64,000 bases of DNA from a bacterium (GTDB lineage Bacteria > SZUA-182 > DTGQ01 > JAFGSM01). The stretch lies in contig JBLIRO010000014.1 in the NCBI GenBank assembly GCA_049472335.1, positions 9,684 to 73,683 on the forward strand. Direction: 5' to 3'. A program made the translations under genes and the position numbers. Below the pieces are notes generated by a model. It made no database searches and was not told the DNA's origin. It saw nothing but the letters and a program-made list of their open reading frames with translations. Shown in pieces: positions 1 through 9,761 of this stretch (positions are counted from its first letter, which is position 1; every line of letters begins with the position of its first letter).

Positions 1-1
1 T

Positions 2-262
2 GAAGATCGTGTCGCTGTCACCAGGGCCAGAAGAATACAGAAATTTCTGACCCAGCCTTTCAGCGTGGCTGAGACCTTCACCGGAATACAGGGCAGGTAT
101 GTGACTCTGGAAGAGACTCTGGACGGATTTGAGGCGATCTGTGACGGTAACTATGATGATGTGCCAGAGCAGGCATTCTATATGGTTGGCAATCTCGATG
201 AAGCCCTTGCCCAGGCAGACAAATTCAAAGACATGGAAAAGATGGAGAAGAAGAAACGATGA
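2..262 (+). CDS. atpD: F0F1 ATP synthase subunit beta, C-terminal part (5'-truncated by window)
   Basis: Frame from nt 2 reads [28 protein letters not shown]...PEQAFYMVG, the conserved beta-subunit C-terminus; directly followed by atpC. Confidence 0.97.
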   Translation, partial: EDRVAVTRARRIQKFLTQPFSVAETFTGIQGRYVTLEETLDGFEAICDGNYDDVPEQAFYMVGNLDEALAQADKFKDMEKMEKKKR

Positions 263-699
263 GTCTGGGAACCGAAAAGATGATCCTCCAGGTGATCACA
301 CCTGAGAAGGTGGTTATAGAGGAAAAGGACGTTGATATCGTAGTTTTTAAGACCGAAGGACAGGAGGAATTCGGAGGAGAAATTGGTGTATTGAGAGATC
401 ATGCACCCATGCTGGCACGTATACCAACTTCAGCCGTCAGGTATAAAAAGGACAAAGACCAATTTTATCTGGCTGTAGCCGGAGGTTTTGTCGAAGTGAG
501 AGATAACCGTGTAACCATACTATCCAACGGTGCTGAAAAGGTAGAAAGAGAGGAAGAGCTACAGCTCGCTTTGGAAGCACGAGAGCGAACGGAGGCATGG
601 CTGAAAGGCAAGATAGGAAAGGTTGAATTTGATGAAAAAATGGCTGAAGTTGAGTTAAAGCGTGAGGCTATTCGGATGTATAAGGAGGGAATAAAGTAA
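259..699 (+). CDS. atpC: F0F1 ATP synthase subunit epsilon
   Basis: LQVITPEK...[12 protein letters not shown]...[21 protein letters not shown] overlap with atpD. Confidence 0.95.
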   Translation: MSLGTEKMILQVITPEKVVIEEKDVDIVVFKTEGQEEFGGEIGVLRDHAPMLARIPTSAVRYKKDKDQFYLAVAGGFVEVRDNRVTILSNGAEKVEREEELQLALEARERTEAWLKGKIGKVEFDEKMAEVELKREAIRMYKEGIK

Positions 700-754
700 C
701 GATTTATTTTTATTCCAAAAATAGACTCCCAACAAAGAGAGGGGGGAATCTTCT

Positions 755-1714
755 ATGAAACTGGAATTGGATTTTGAAGATTTAGAACATCAATGGAAAA
801 CCAGACAATTCGATCTTTTCCCTTGGTTTGACGGTCTTTTTACACTCCTACGACAAAGGGAGTCTATTTTAAGAGAAACAAAAAAAAGATTATCCTCTTC
901 TACTCAAGCAACAATGGTACAGTTTTTGTCCTCCGATGACCATGAAAATGCCCTTATAGCAAAGGAAACCATTAAAGATCAGACTGCAGGAGCTGTTTTG
1001 CCGATCCTTCTCTATAGCCTTGAAAAAGTAACAAAAAATGATTATCCACATAGAATAATGGAATGCTTGCTTGATTTTGACATTGACATTTCATTTGGAT
1101 ACTTACTGGGTTATTTATATTTACGTAATAATATAAAAGAAAAGGTTTTTCAAATATTCAATGAAATATTCCCTATAAAGAATATCTTCCCAGATACTAA
1201 AGACAGTAGTCATTTTCTGATTCAGCTTTTTCAAGCTCTTAATAATGACTTAAAACAAAGAATGCCATCTTCAGGAAAACTGGAAAAAATTGAGGATTTT
1301 GATTCTATAAATTTGGATCTTAAGATAATACTATTGATCTTTCAGAAGACTTGGCAAGGTGAAAATGCCAGAATAGTCGAAAATGAAATGAAAAAAATAG
1401 GGCAGGATGTGATAGTGTCTTTTCGTGGACTCCCTTTAAAAAATGAAAAAGGGGATGTTCTCTTCGAACAACTTTCTGAAATTATCTTATATATAGCTAT
1501 AATGAGACTGGAGGCTGACAAATCATTCCTAAAGGGACTGCATACAAACCTGAAATCTCTCACCCTCAAAGAAGAAGAACAAGAAGAGATCCTTGAAAAG
1601 TCTGATGCAGCGTTAGCAATTATCGGGCAACCTGATAAAACCATAAATGAAATACTTGAACAATTTGAAAGTCCTATATTTTTTGACAATCTTTCTTCTT
1701 TGAATCAATTATAA
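755..1714 (+). CDS. Hypothetical protein, probably all-alpha
   Basis: 319-aa ORF with purine-rich RBS; no motif recognised. Confidence 0.6.
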   Translation: MKLELDFEDLEHQWKTRQFDLFPWFDGLFTLLRQRESILRETKKRLSSSTQATMVQFLSSDDHENALIAKETIKDQTAGAVLPILLYSLEKVTKNDYPHRIMECLLDFDIDISFGYLLGYLYLRNNIKEKVFQIFNEIFPIKNIFPDTKDSSHFLIQLFQALNNDLKQRMPSSGKLEKIEDFDSINLDLKIILLIFQKTWQGENARIVENEMKKIGQDVIVSFRGLPLKNEKGDVLFEQLSEIILYIAIMRLEADKSFLKGLHTNLKSLTLKEEEQEEILEKSDAALAIIGQPDKTINEILEQFESPIFFDNLSSLNQL

Positions 1715-1787
1715 ATCAGGATATTAACTTAATAACAATCTTTCCAGGCCTTAGGCCTAATCCTTCATCCTTCTTGAATAAGAAAAA

Positions 1788-2564
1788 TTATTTAAAAATT
1801 TTCTTAAATAAGGATTTTTTGGTTGTGATCGGGGCAGGAAGATCATAGATATCCTCTCCAGCAATAATTGCCCTCGGGATATCAGTAACCATTGCTTCTG
1901 CCCATTTTGGTCCTGCTATCCGGGCCGCCCTAACAACAGAATCCGACAAAACCGGTGTACGAAATTTGGATGAATGGGCATCTGAGGCAATTATGTGAAC
2001 CAGATTATTTTGAAGCATTTCAACCGCACATTTACTTGCACCTGGACCAAATTCACCTATCAAACTATTGGCTGTGATTTGTGCTAAAGCACCTAGTTCC
2101 ACTAGTCGAAATATAATATTCAGATCCTTTTGAATAGCTATATTTCTTTCGGGATGTGTAAAGACAGGAATAATTTTATTGTGTTTCAGTTTAAAAACAA
2201 ATTCGGAAATATTGGGAGGAACATGGTGATGAGGAAATTCAAGGAGTATATATTTCCCGTTATTATTTATGGTCATAGCCTTCCCATCCCTTATAAGTTC
2301 AAGTAAATTGTAATTTATATGCACATCTGCACCAGGGATGATAAGTATATCTATTTTTTTTGATATTAGAACATCTTGTAGTTTCTTAACCTCTTCCAAA
2401 ATGTAGTCTCTTTCATTGATAAAAATCCCGTTCATGGTATGCGGTGTAGCAACTATAGTCCTGATACCATCCTTATAGGCAATATGACACATAGTAACCG
2501 ATTCTTTAATGTTCTCGGCACCATCATCCATACCAGGTAGAATATGGCAATGAAGATCAATCAT
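1788..2564 (-). CDS. PHP-family tyrosine-protein phosphatase (CpsB/CapC/YwqE type)
   Basis: MIDLHCHILPGMDDG, IVATPH, HPERN, IIASDAH motifs. Confidence 0.93.
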   Translation of the reverse strand: MIDLHCHILPGMDDGAENIKESVTMCHIAYKDGIRTIVATPHTMNGIFINERDYILEEVKKLQDVLISKKIDILIIPGADVHINYNLLELIRDGKAMTINNNGKYILLEFPHHHVPPNISEFVFKLKHNKIIPVFTHPERNIAIQKDLNIIFRLVELGALAQITANSLIGEFGPGASKCAVEMLQNNLVHIIASDAHSSKFRTPVLSDSVVRAARIAGPKWAEAMVTDIPRAIIAGEDIYDLPAPITTKKSLFKKIFK

Positions 2565-2737
2565 AAGCTCTAATTTAGATTAATTGTATTATTAATTATG
2601 CAACTACCAAGTCAATAGTGTCTTATCTTGACAAATAATAATTAATTTTGATAATAATTAGACAATTTTATATTTTATTTATTGTTAAATATCATAATCC
2701 ATCATATTTAATAAATCAAAAATTGAAAGGGAAAGCA

Positions 2738-4243
2738 ATGGCAAGACTATTAAAAAACAATTCATTCTTATTCTTAATCCTTACATCATTATTTTTTTTA
2801 TACACAAATCTTACATGTTTTTCCGGATCCAGAGCAATAGCGGAAACAAAATATGACAATAATGATAATGTTTCTCCTATTAAACTTTCCGGAACAACTA
2901 ACATAGAGACAACAGAAAATGATAGAAAAGAGATTGTTTTGAGTATTTATAATAATAATTTTGCCCTTGTAAAAGAAGTTAGAGAAATATACCTTCCGTC
3001 AGGGATTTCAGAATTGAGGTTTTTAGATATATCGAGGCATATAAATCCTGGATCTGTAATAACAAAATCAATAAACAATATTAATGGATTAGAATTCATT
3101 GAGCAGAACTACGAATATGATCTGATAAGCCCTGAAAATCTTCTTGATAAATATGTCGGACATACCGTAACACTAATTGATAAGGATGATTTTTCAGGAT
3201 CTAAAGGAAAATTGCAGGCTGAATTGTTAAGTAATAGTCACGGGCCTATTTACCGTATTGGAGAGGAGATACATATTGGTCATCCAGGCAGAATAGTCTT
3301 GCCTAAATTGCCTGAAGGTCTTCTTACAGAGCCTTCATTAATATGGAAACTCGACGTAACCGATAGCGGGAAATATACCCTGGATGTCTCATATTTAACT
3401 GAAGAGTTGGATTGGAACGTGGATTATTCATTGGTGTTGAATTCTGACAATACAAGAGGAGACCTGTCGGGTTGGGTGACTATTAAAAACAATTCAGGAA
3501 CTTCCTTTAAACAGGCGCGTATTCAGCTTGTCGCAGGAAAGGTAGCACGCGTCAGGGAACCTAAACCGGTTCGCTTTAAAGAGACTGATAATTATGAGAT
3601 GCTTTCTAAAGGGGTATCTGAAGAAGGGATCTTTGAGTATCATTTATATAATTTACCTTCGAATATGACTTTAAAAGATAGAGAAATGAAACAGGTTCGC
3701 CTTTTTTCTACGGAAAGGATCCCTGTAAAAAAAGAGCTTCGTTATTATGGTGAACAGCAATATTACCAACAAAGATACAGAGAGGGCACTAAAACACAAG
3801 GCATCGGTATCTATCTTGAATTCGAAAACAGAAAGACGTTCCATTTAGGTATACCGCTTCCTGAGGGAATAATAAGGGTCTATGAATCCGACTCAGATGG
3901 TTCCGTTCAGTTTTTGGGCGAGGATAGAATTCCACATACCCCGGAGGATGGAATGGTAAGGGTGCAAACAGGCTATGCCTCTGATATCATAGCCGAGAGA
4001 AAGCAGATGGAATGGAGAAAGCCCTCTTCAGAACTAATTGAAGCAATCTGGGAGATAATTTTTAAGAATTATAAAAATAAAACGGCCTGGATTGTATTAA
4101 TGGAATCTGTTCCGGGTGATTGGGAAATAATGGAGTGCTCCCATCATTGGAGAAAGGAAGACGCGCATACACTTAGATTTGACATCTCTGTAGCCCCTAA
4201 ATCAGAAGAAAAAGTCCGATATAAAATAAGAATACATTTATAA
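2738..4243 (+). CDS. DUF4139-domain secreted protein
   Basis: N-terminal hydrophobic segment; LSIYNNNFALVKEVR, EQNYEYDL, FEYHLY, GIPLPEG.IRVY, FLGEDRIPHTP. ATG 2738 preferred over TTG 2648. Confidence 0.85.
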   Translation: MARLLKNNSFLFLILTSLFFLYTNLTCFSGSRAIAETKYDNNDNVSPIKLSGTTNIETTENDRKEIVLSIYNNNFALVKEVREIYLPSGISELRFLDISRHINPGSVITKSINNINGLEFIEQNYEYDLISPENLLDKYVGHTVTLIDKDDFSGSKGKLQAELLSNSHGPIYRIGEEIHIGHPGRIVLPKLPEGLLTEPSLIWKLDVTDSGKYTLDVSYLTEELDWNVDYSLVLNSDNTRGDLSGWVTIKNNSGTSFKQARIQLVAGKVARVREPKPVRFKETDNYEMLSKGVSEEGIFEYHLYNLPSNMTLKDREMKQVRLFSTERIPVKKELRYYGEQQYYQQRYREGTKTQGIGIYLEFENRKTFHLGIPLPEGIIRVYESDSDGSVQFLGEDRIPHTPEDGMVRVQTGYASDIIAERKQMEWRKPSSELIEAIWEIIFKNYKNKTAWIVLMESVPGDWEIMECSHHWRKEDAHTLRFDISVAPKSEEKVRYKIRIHL

Positions 4244-4267
4244 TTTCTAAGGAGATTAAAAGGTTTA

Positions 4268-5563
4268 TTGTGTGTCCAAATAAAAATGCCGGACAAAATA
4301 ATTATGGGTTCTAAATCGTTTATTGAGAATAAATCAATTGCCTATTCATTGTTTATATCTATATTATTCATATTTTTTTATCATTCATCAGCCATTGGCA
4401 ATATTCATTTCGGTTCTTTGGAATTTCACCCCTTTTTTAATACTACTGCAGGATATGCGGATAATGTAAATATGATTCCTGAGGGGGATATTAATGAGCG
4501 TGAAAAATCCAGCGTTTATACTTCATATTCACCCGGATTAAATTGTGATTGGAATAAAAACAATCATGAAATCCGATTGAGCTATTTCTATGAATTTTTA
4601 AATTATAACAAGGAAGAAATCCATGACAGAGAACTTTTTGACCTGGACTCAAAAATTGATTTTCGATTTGAAAAATCAGGCAAAAAGATCGATCTATCCG
4701 GAGGATACAAATATCGGAAAACCTTTGATCCTTTCTCAACTGAGCAACAAGCTTATGATCGTAAAGAAACCAGTTCAAAATTTGCTGCAGGATTTAATTT
4801 TATGGATCGTTTTGGGCTGGGATTCGCTTCCGGATTGATTCAACATAGATTTATGGATGCAGAACCTGCAAGAAGATATAACAAGGATGTAATCAGTTTT
4901 TTTTCAAAAGCCAGTATCAGACCTTTTACAAAAACAGATATCCTTCTTGAATACGGGCTGATTATGAATGAATACAATGATCCGAATAAGGCATCATATT
5001 ATGATTCGAAAACCCATTTTTTATTGACGGGTATTGAATGGGCAGTTTCTGCGAAAATTTCCGGAACAATTAAATCAGGATACCAGTGGAAATATTATGA
5101 CGATCCTAATGAAATTGGTTTAGGCTCTCCTGAAACCTGGAGGGCGGAAGTTGATTTGAGGTATACATTCTCAGAGCTTACCTCTTTTCAACTCAGGTTT
5201 GAGAGAAATATTGAGGATTCGGATTTCAGGTATGCCGGCCGGGAGGCTGGATTTTACTATTCAAATCAGATACAATTCACAGCTAAACATAAATTTAATT
5301 ATAAGCTAGAAACCTGGCTTGACATCTTTTATAATTACTCAAATTATAATAAGGTTTCCCGTGAGAATTCTCGTGAAGATGAAGTTTGGCAGTTTGATCT
5401 GGGCCTCAGCTACCAATTCAGGGATTGGATTGGGGCCGGCTTGAAATATCGAGCCAGGATTAGAGACACTAAAATCGTATCCGTTGAGTCAATCTCGGAT
5501 AATAATTCAGACCTGGACTATAAAAGCGATCAAATTAGTATTGAGCTAAATATAATATTTTGA
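4268..5563 (+). CDS. Outer-membrane beta-barrel protein (polysaccharide-locus associated porin type)
   Basis: Signal-like segment, alternating aromatic beta-strands, C-terminal Phe (ISIELNIIF); start uncertain. Confidence 0.75.
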   Translation: MCVQIKMPDKIIMGSKSFIENKSIAYSLFISILFIFFYHSSAIGNIHFGSLEFHPFFNTTAGYADNVNMIPEGDINEREKSSVYTSYSPGLNCDWNKNNHEIRLSYFYEFLNYNKEEIHDRELFDLDSKIDFRFEKSGKKIDLSGGYKYRKTFDPFSTEQQAYDRKETSSKFAAGFNFMDRFGLGFASGLIQHRFMDAEPARRYNKDVISFFSKASIRPFTKTDILLEYGLIMNEYNDPNKASYYDSKTHFLLTGIEWAVSAKISGTIKSGYQWKYYDDPNEIGLGSPETWRAEVDLRYTFSELTSFQLRFERNIEDSDFRYAGREAGFYYSNQIQFTAKHKFNYKLETWLDIFYNYSNYNKVSRENSREDEVWQFDLGLSYQFRDWIGAGLKYRARIRDTKIVSVESISDNNSDLDYKSDQISIELNIIF

Positions 5564-5567
5564 GAGG

Positions 5568-5586
5568 ATTGACAAATTTTGTCAAT
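5568..5586. promoter_or_regulatory. Palindrome copy 1, candidate enhancer-binding-protein (PilR-type) site
   Basis: ATTGACAAA-T-TTTGTCAAT, perfect 9-bp arms. Confidence 0.7.
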
Positions 5587-5698
5587 AGATTACATTTTGT
5601 GTCATACTTACCAGATGAATTTATTAATCTTTATAAATCAATGAGTTTTTGGCATTCTGTAAGCTTTAAACCCTGGGACGGTTTTTTTTATCTGATTA

Positions 5699-5717
5699 AT
5701 TGACAAAATTTGTCAAT
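5699..5717. promoter_or_regulatory. Palindrome copy 2, candidate enhancer-binding-protein site
   Basis: ATTGACAAA-A-TTTGTCAAT, ~90 bp upstream of the sigma54 -24 element. Confidence 0.75.
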
Positions 5718-5802
5718 GTGATAATCTTTGAAAAAAATTTTTTTTATCAAAAAAGATTTAGAAATGATGATAATTCAATAAGTTATAATAGTTTCTTTTT
5801 TG

Positions 5803-5818
5803 TGGCATTTGGATTGCT
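5803..5818 (+). promoter_or_regulatory. Sigma54 (-24/-12) promoter of pilin gene
   Basis: TGGCATTTGGATTGCT matches TGGCA-N6-TTGCW with GG-N10-GC spacing, 45 bp before the pilin ATG. Confidence 0.85.
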
Positions 5819-5863
5819 TAATCAAAACAACAATTCAGATTAACAAAAGGAGAATGATAGGAA

Positions 5864-6334
5864 ATGATTAGATACTTAAACAATAAAGCAGGATTTACCT
5901 TGATAGAATTGATGATTGTTATTGCAATTATTGGTATCCTTGCGGCTATAGCAATCCCCAATTTTTTGACCTTTCGTTTGAAGGCAAAGATATCGGAGGC
6001 GAAATCGAATCTGGGCTCAATAAGGATAGGTGAGGAGGCGTATAATACGGAAGAAGATACCTATTACGGGCCTATTGCTCAATACCCCGCCAATGCCCCT
6101 ACAACAACAAAGCAACCGTGGAATGTAACAGAGACCTCTTTTTCTGCCATTGCGTTTGAACCAACAGGTTCTGTTTATTTTAGATATTCCGTTGGCCCAA
6201 ATGAATCTGATGCTTATACAGTAAATTTCAGGGCTCATGCGTACGGAGACTTGGATGGTGATGGGACGTTATCGCATTTTTATATCACTAATGACAGTGA
6301 GATCTCTCAGGAGACTGCTAAAAATGTATACTAA
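5864..6334 (+). CDS. pilA: Type IV pilin, copy 1
   Basis: Prepilin site KAG|FTLIELMIVIAIIGILAAIAIPNF; GDLDGD motif. Confidence 0.93.
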   Translation: MIRYLNNKAGFTLIELMIVIAIIGILAAIAIPNFLTFRLKAKISEAKSNLGSIRIGEEAYNTEEDTYYGPIAQYPANAPTTTKQPWNVTETSFSAIAFEPTGSVYFRYSVGPNESDAYTVNFRAHAYGDLDGDGTLSHFYITNDSEISQETAKNVY

Positions 6335-6427
6335 AAAAAGGGGGTGATAATATAGAAGATCATTATGAGGGATTATGGTCAAACCGTATTATATAATAAT
6401 AACTCTTTAACCTAGGGAGGGGAAAAC

Positions 6428-6898
6428 ATGTTAAGATTATTAAAAAACAAAAAAGGATTTACCTTGATAGAATTGATGATTGTTGTTGCAATTATTGGTA
6501 TTCTGGCTGCCATAGCCATCCCGAACTTCCTTACTTTCCGTCTCAAGGCAAAAACCTCGGAGGCCAAGTCGAATCTGGGCGCCATCCGGACTGTTCAGGA
6601 GGCTTACAAGGCCGAAGAGGATGAATACTATCCCAACGGTGGCACCATTGCCCTCTACCCCGGTGGGGCGCCTACTACAACCAAAAAGACCTGGACACCC
6701 AGCTCAACGCCTTTCTCAGCACTCGGTTTTGAGCCTGCCGGTCAGGTTTATTATGCTTACGGAATAAGCGCCTGCACGGGAACGACCTTCCAGGCAGATG
6801 CCTATGGCGACCTCGATGGAGACAGCGTGTTTGCACATTATTATGCCACTGAGGCAGGCAGTGAAATTACTCAGGAAACTGCAAAGAACGTTTATTGA
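6428..6898 (+). CDS. pilA: Type IV pilin, copy 2
   Basis: KKG|FTLIELMIVVAIIGILAAIAIPNF; paralog of copy 1, same length, same QETAKNVY end. Confidence 0.93.
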   Translation: MLRLLKNKKGFTLIELMIVVAIIGILAAIAIPNFLTFRLKAKTSEAKSNLGAIRTVQEAYKAEEDEYYPNGGTIALYPGGAPTTTKKTWTPSSTPFSALGFEPAGQVYYAYGISACTGTTFQADAYGDLDGDSVFAHYYATEAGSEITQETAKNVY

Positions 6899-6921
6899 TA
6901 CTTTTTTTTAAAAATACAAGA

Positions 6922-6956
6922 GGCCACCCGGGTTTACCCGGGTGGCCCTTTCTATT
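6922..6956 (+). terminator. Strong hairpin after pilin pair, probable intrinsic terminator
   Basis: GGCCACCCGGGT-TT-ACCCGGGTGGCC followed by CTTTCTATTT. Confidence 0.85.
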
Positions 6957-6977
6957 TAAAATATTCCTTCTGTAAAC

Positions 6978-8984
6978 ATGTCCGAAAATAAAAGGATCTC
7001 AGGATTTTATCTGAATGAAAAAAGACTCGTTCATTTTATTATCTGGATCGGGATACTTCTACCCACTTTTGTAAAGGCTGGCACTCCAAGATTACCAAGG
7101 CTCTTCATTCAGATCATGGCCATGATGCTTCTTTTAATTACTTTATTATATTGTTTAAGAAAAGATAAACATAAACAATCCTATTATAATCTAATAATAA
7201 ATAGTCTAGATATTCTGGTTATTTCTTTTGTCATTCTCTCAGCTTTTTCAACATTCATGGTAAGCTATGGACACAATGCCCAAAGCTGTTTCCTTTTAGT
7301 AGTCTCATTTGCTATATTTTATTTTCACATTTCCGGATATTTCTCTATAAAAAATATTGAGAAGCTGTTGTGGGCGCTTATTGGTCTGGGAATACTCGAG
7401 TCCGCTATAGGTTTTTATCAGGCATTTTTTTTAAGCCATACACGTATCACAGGGACCTTTTATAATTCAAACCATCTGGCATCTTTTCTTGCGTGTCTTT
7501 CCATGTTTCTTTTTGCCCGTATGATATTTAATCGCCCATTCAGAAAAAAATATGTTCTCAAAATAATAATCATTTTATTTTTAGTATCAGCCCTTTTCTT
7601 AACCCGGTCAAGAGGAGGGATTTTGGCATTGATTGGAGGGGGAATTGGTTTCATACCTCTAATAAATAAGAAAAAAATTGCCTTTTCTTTTATGATAGCA
7701 GCCCTTGTTCTTTTATTGCTGATCCCGAATCCTGTCATCAATAGATTAAAACAGGTTCAAATCAATGATGTATATGCGTATAGCAGATTTTCCATGTGGA
7801 AAAGCGCCCTTTCCATGCTCAGAGATCATCCATTATTTGGAATAGGGATCGGAAATTTTGAATTTTATTCATATAGATATGCATTCCCGGTTGAAAAGGC
7901 ATGGGCAAGATACGCGAGAGTGGCAAGATACGCGCACAATGAATTGCTTCATCTGGGTGCAGAAATGGGTATTCCGGGCATACTTTTTTTTCTGGCAGCC
8001 ATTTTTACTGTCTTCATAAAGGACTTTAAAAAAAGGAGAAACACTGGAGTTGATAATAACTCTTGCAGCACACATCCCTATCATGCAGATGAGAAGGCCA
8101 TTTTAATAGTTATCCTAACCCTTCTTTTTCATTCTATCGTGGACTTCATATTTCATATTCCTGCCATATTGTTTGTTTTGATCATATTTGTAGCCTGGAT
8201 TAGTAAGATAAGGATTATTGATAATAAGAATAATCATTTTCGTTTTAATTTTACCGGTAAAGGTATTAGACTTATACTCTTCGTCTGTCTAATAATTCCA
8301 ATAGTTCTCGTTTGGATACCAATAAGAGAATATCTGGGATATGTTTCATTCAATAAGGCGCATGGAAATGATCCCCTTGCGGATATAAAATATATTGAAA
8401 ATGCCGTCAGCATGGATTTTGGGTGCGCACCATATCATAATTCCCTTGGTGGTGCATATTTTAAGCTATATGGGAAAAATAAAGATACAAATTTTCTCGA
8501 TCAAGGATTAAGTGAAGCGCAGATTGCCCAGACACTCAACCCTGACGATCATCGTTTTCCACTATCATTGGGACTTGGATATTTAAATATCCATTCGATC
8601 TTTCCTGAGAAAACAGACATCTTAAAAGAGGCTGAGAAAGAATTCAGAAAATGCCTCATGCTTGCCCCCTATCTTTATGAAGGATTTTTAGGCTTGGGCA
8701 GGACTTTGCTCTACCAGGACAGGCTTAAGGATGCTTTAAACGCATTTGAAGCGGCTGTTCGGCTGGAGCCGTATTCTATGTCCAGCCATTATTGGCTCGG
8801 GTTAACACTAGATACACTTGGAGAGATTGAATCAGCCAGATCAGAATATAAAAAAATACTTGCAATTAAAAGGCTGAATCTGGAAAAGAAGGCATATATA
8901 ACTTATGAGAAGGAACTGATTGATTTTGATGTTAGCAAGTTATATCCTAGGTTAAAGGCATATGATGATTCTCTCTTGAAATAG
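6978..8984 (+). CDS. O-antigen ligase-like (Wzy_C) membrane protein with C-terminal TPRs; candidate pilin oligosaccharyltransferase
   Basis: GTFYNSNHLA, LTRSRGG, SRFSMWK, HPLFGIGIGNF, AHNELLHLGAEMG; TPR-like C-terminus. Confidence 0.88.
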   Translation: MSENKRISGFYLNEKRLVHFIIWIGILLPTFVKAGTPRLPRLFIQIMAMMLLLITLLYCLRKDKHKQSYYNLIINSLDILVISFVILSAFSTFMVSYGHNAQSCFLLVVSFAIFYFHISGYFSIKNIEKLLWALIGLGILESAIGFYQAFFLSHTRITGTFYNSNHLASFLACLSMFLFARMIFNRPFRKKYVLKIIIILFLVSALFLTRSRGGILALIGGGIGFIPLINKKKIAFSFMIAALVLLLLIPNPVINRLKQVQINDVYAYSRFSMWKSALSMLRDHPLFGIGIGNFEFYSYRYAFPVEKAWARYARVARYAHNELLHLGAEMGIPGILFFLAAIFTVFIKDFKKRRNTGVDNNSCSTHPYHADEKAILIVILTLLFHSIVDFIFHIPAILFVLIIFVAWISKIRIIDNKNNHFRFNFTGKGIRLILFVCLIIPIVLVWIPIREYLGYVSFNKAHGNDPLADIKYIENAVSMDFGCAPYHNSLGGAYFKLYGKNKDTNFLDQGLSEAQIAQTLNPDDHRFPLSLGLGYLNIHSIFPEKTDILKEAEKEFRKCLMLAPYLYEGFLGLGRTLLYQDRLKDALNAFEAAVRLEPYSMSSHYWLGLTLDTLGEIESARSEYKKILAIKRLNLEKKAYITYEKELIDFDVSKLYPRLKAYDDSLLK

Positions 8985-9035
8985 TGTAAGGTTAAGGTTT
9001 TGTATCGGATTGAATTTTGTCAAAGGAACTGTAAA

Positions 9036-9761
9036 ATGGATAACTCTATGATATTCAAAACTCAGAAAAGCAAGCTTTTTCGTTTCTTCGCATGGCTCCT
9101 TACCCTTGTTTTGCTCTTTTTCTGCTTTTACTTTATTCAAAGATTTATCGATAAATCTTACCACCAGGATAGAGAGGAAAGGCTGCTTTATCTTCCTTCA
9201 GGCAAATTCCTGAAGCCTGCGTGTCTTGGATTTGAATCCCTGATGGCTGATCTGCTTTGGATAAAGGCTATAAGCTATTTCGGAGGTCACTATCTGACCG
9301 ATCGCAGCTATAAATGGCTTTACCATATCCTTGACCTTGTAACTTCACTGGATCCTCTATTCAGATACCCTTATGAATTTGGAGGAGTTATTCTTTCTTT
9401 GGAAGGAGGAAATCCCGAACAAAGTATCTTATTGCTGGAAAAGGGTATCGAACATCATCCTGAATACTGGAGACTTTACTTTTATTTGGGTTTTAATTAC
9501 TTTTACTATTTCAATGACTTTCAAAACGCATCACGTTACATAACCAGAGCCGCTCAGTTGCCTGGCCACCCTTCATATTTGCCCAGACTTGCAGCAAGCC
9601 TTTTAACAACATCCGGACAAAAAAATACGGCTCTGTCCTTTTTAAGACAACTATACGAAAACACTGAGGATGATTGGTTAAGGCATCAAATCAAAATGAA
9701 AATGGATGAAATATTGGCAGGGAAATTACCCGAATCGCTAAAAGGTTTAGTGAAGGAATGA
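9036..9761 (+). CDS. PilG(Myxococcus)/XapA-like TPR-containing pilus accessory protein
   Basis: N-terminal TM; ADLLWIKAI..LDP.F.YPY..LLEKG..GFNYFY..AAQLPGHPSYLPRLAASL pattern; position after pilA. Confidence 0.7.
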   Translation: MDNSMIFKTQKSKLFRFFAWLLTLVLLFFCFYFIQRFIDKSYHQDREERLLYLPSGKFLKPACLGFESLMADLLWIKAISYFGGHYLTDRSYKWLYHILDLVTSLDPLFRYPYEFGGVILSLEGGNPEQSILLLEKGIEHHPEYWRLYFYLGFNYFYYFNDFQNASRYITRAAQLPGHPSYLPRLAASLLTTSGQKNTALSFLRQLYENTEDDWLRHQIKMKMDEILAGKLPESLKGLVKE

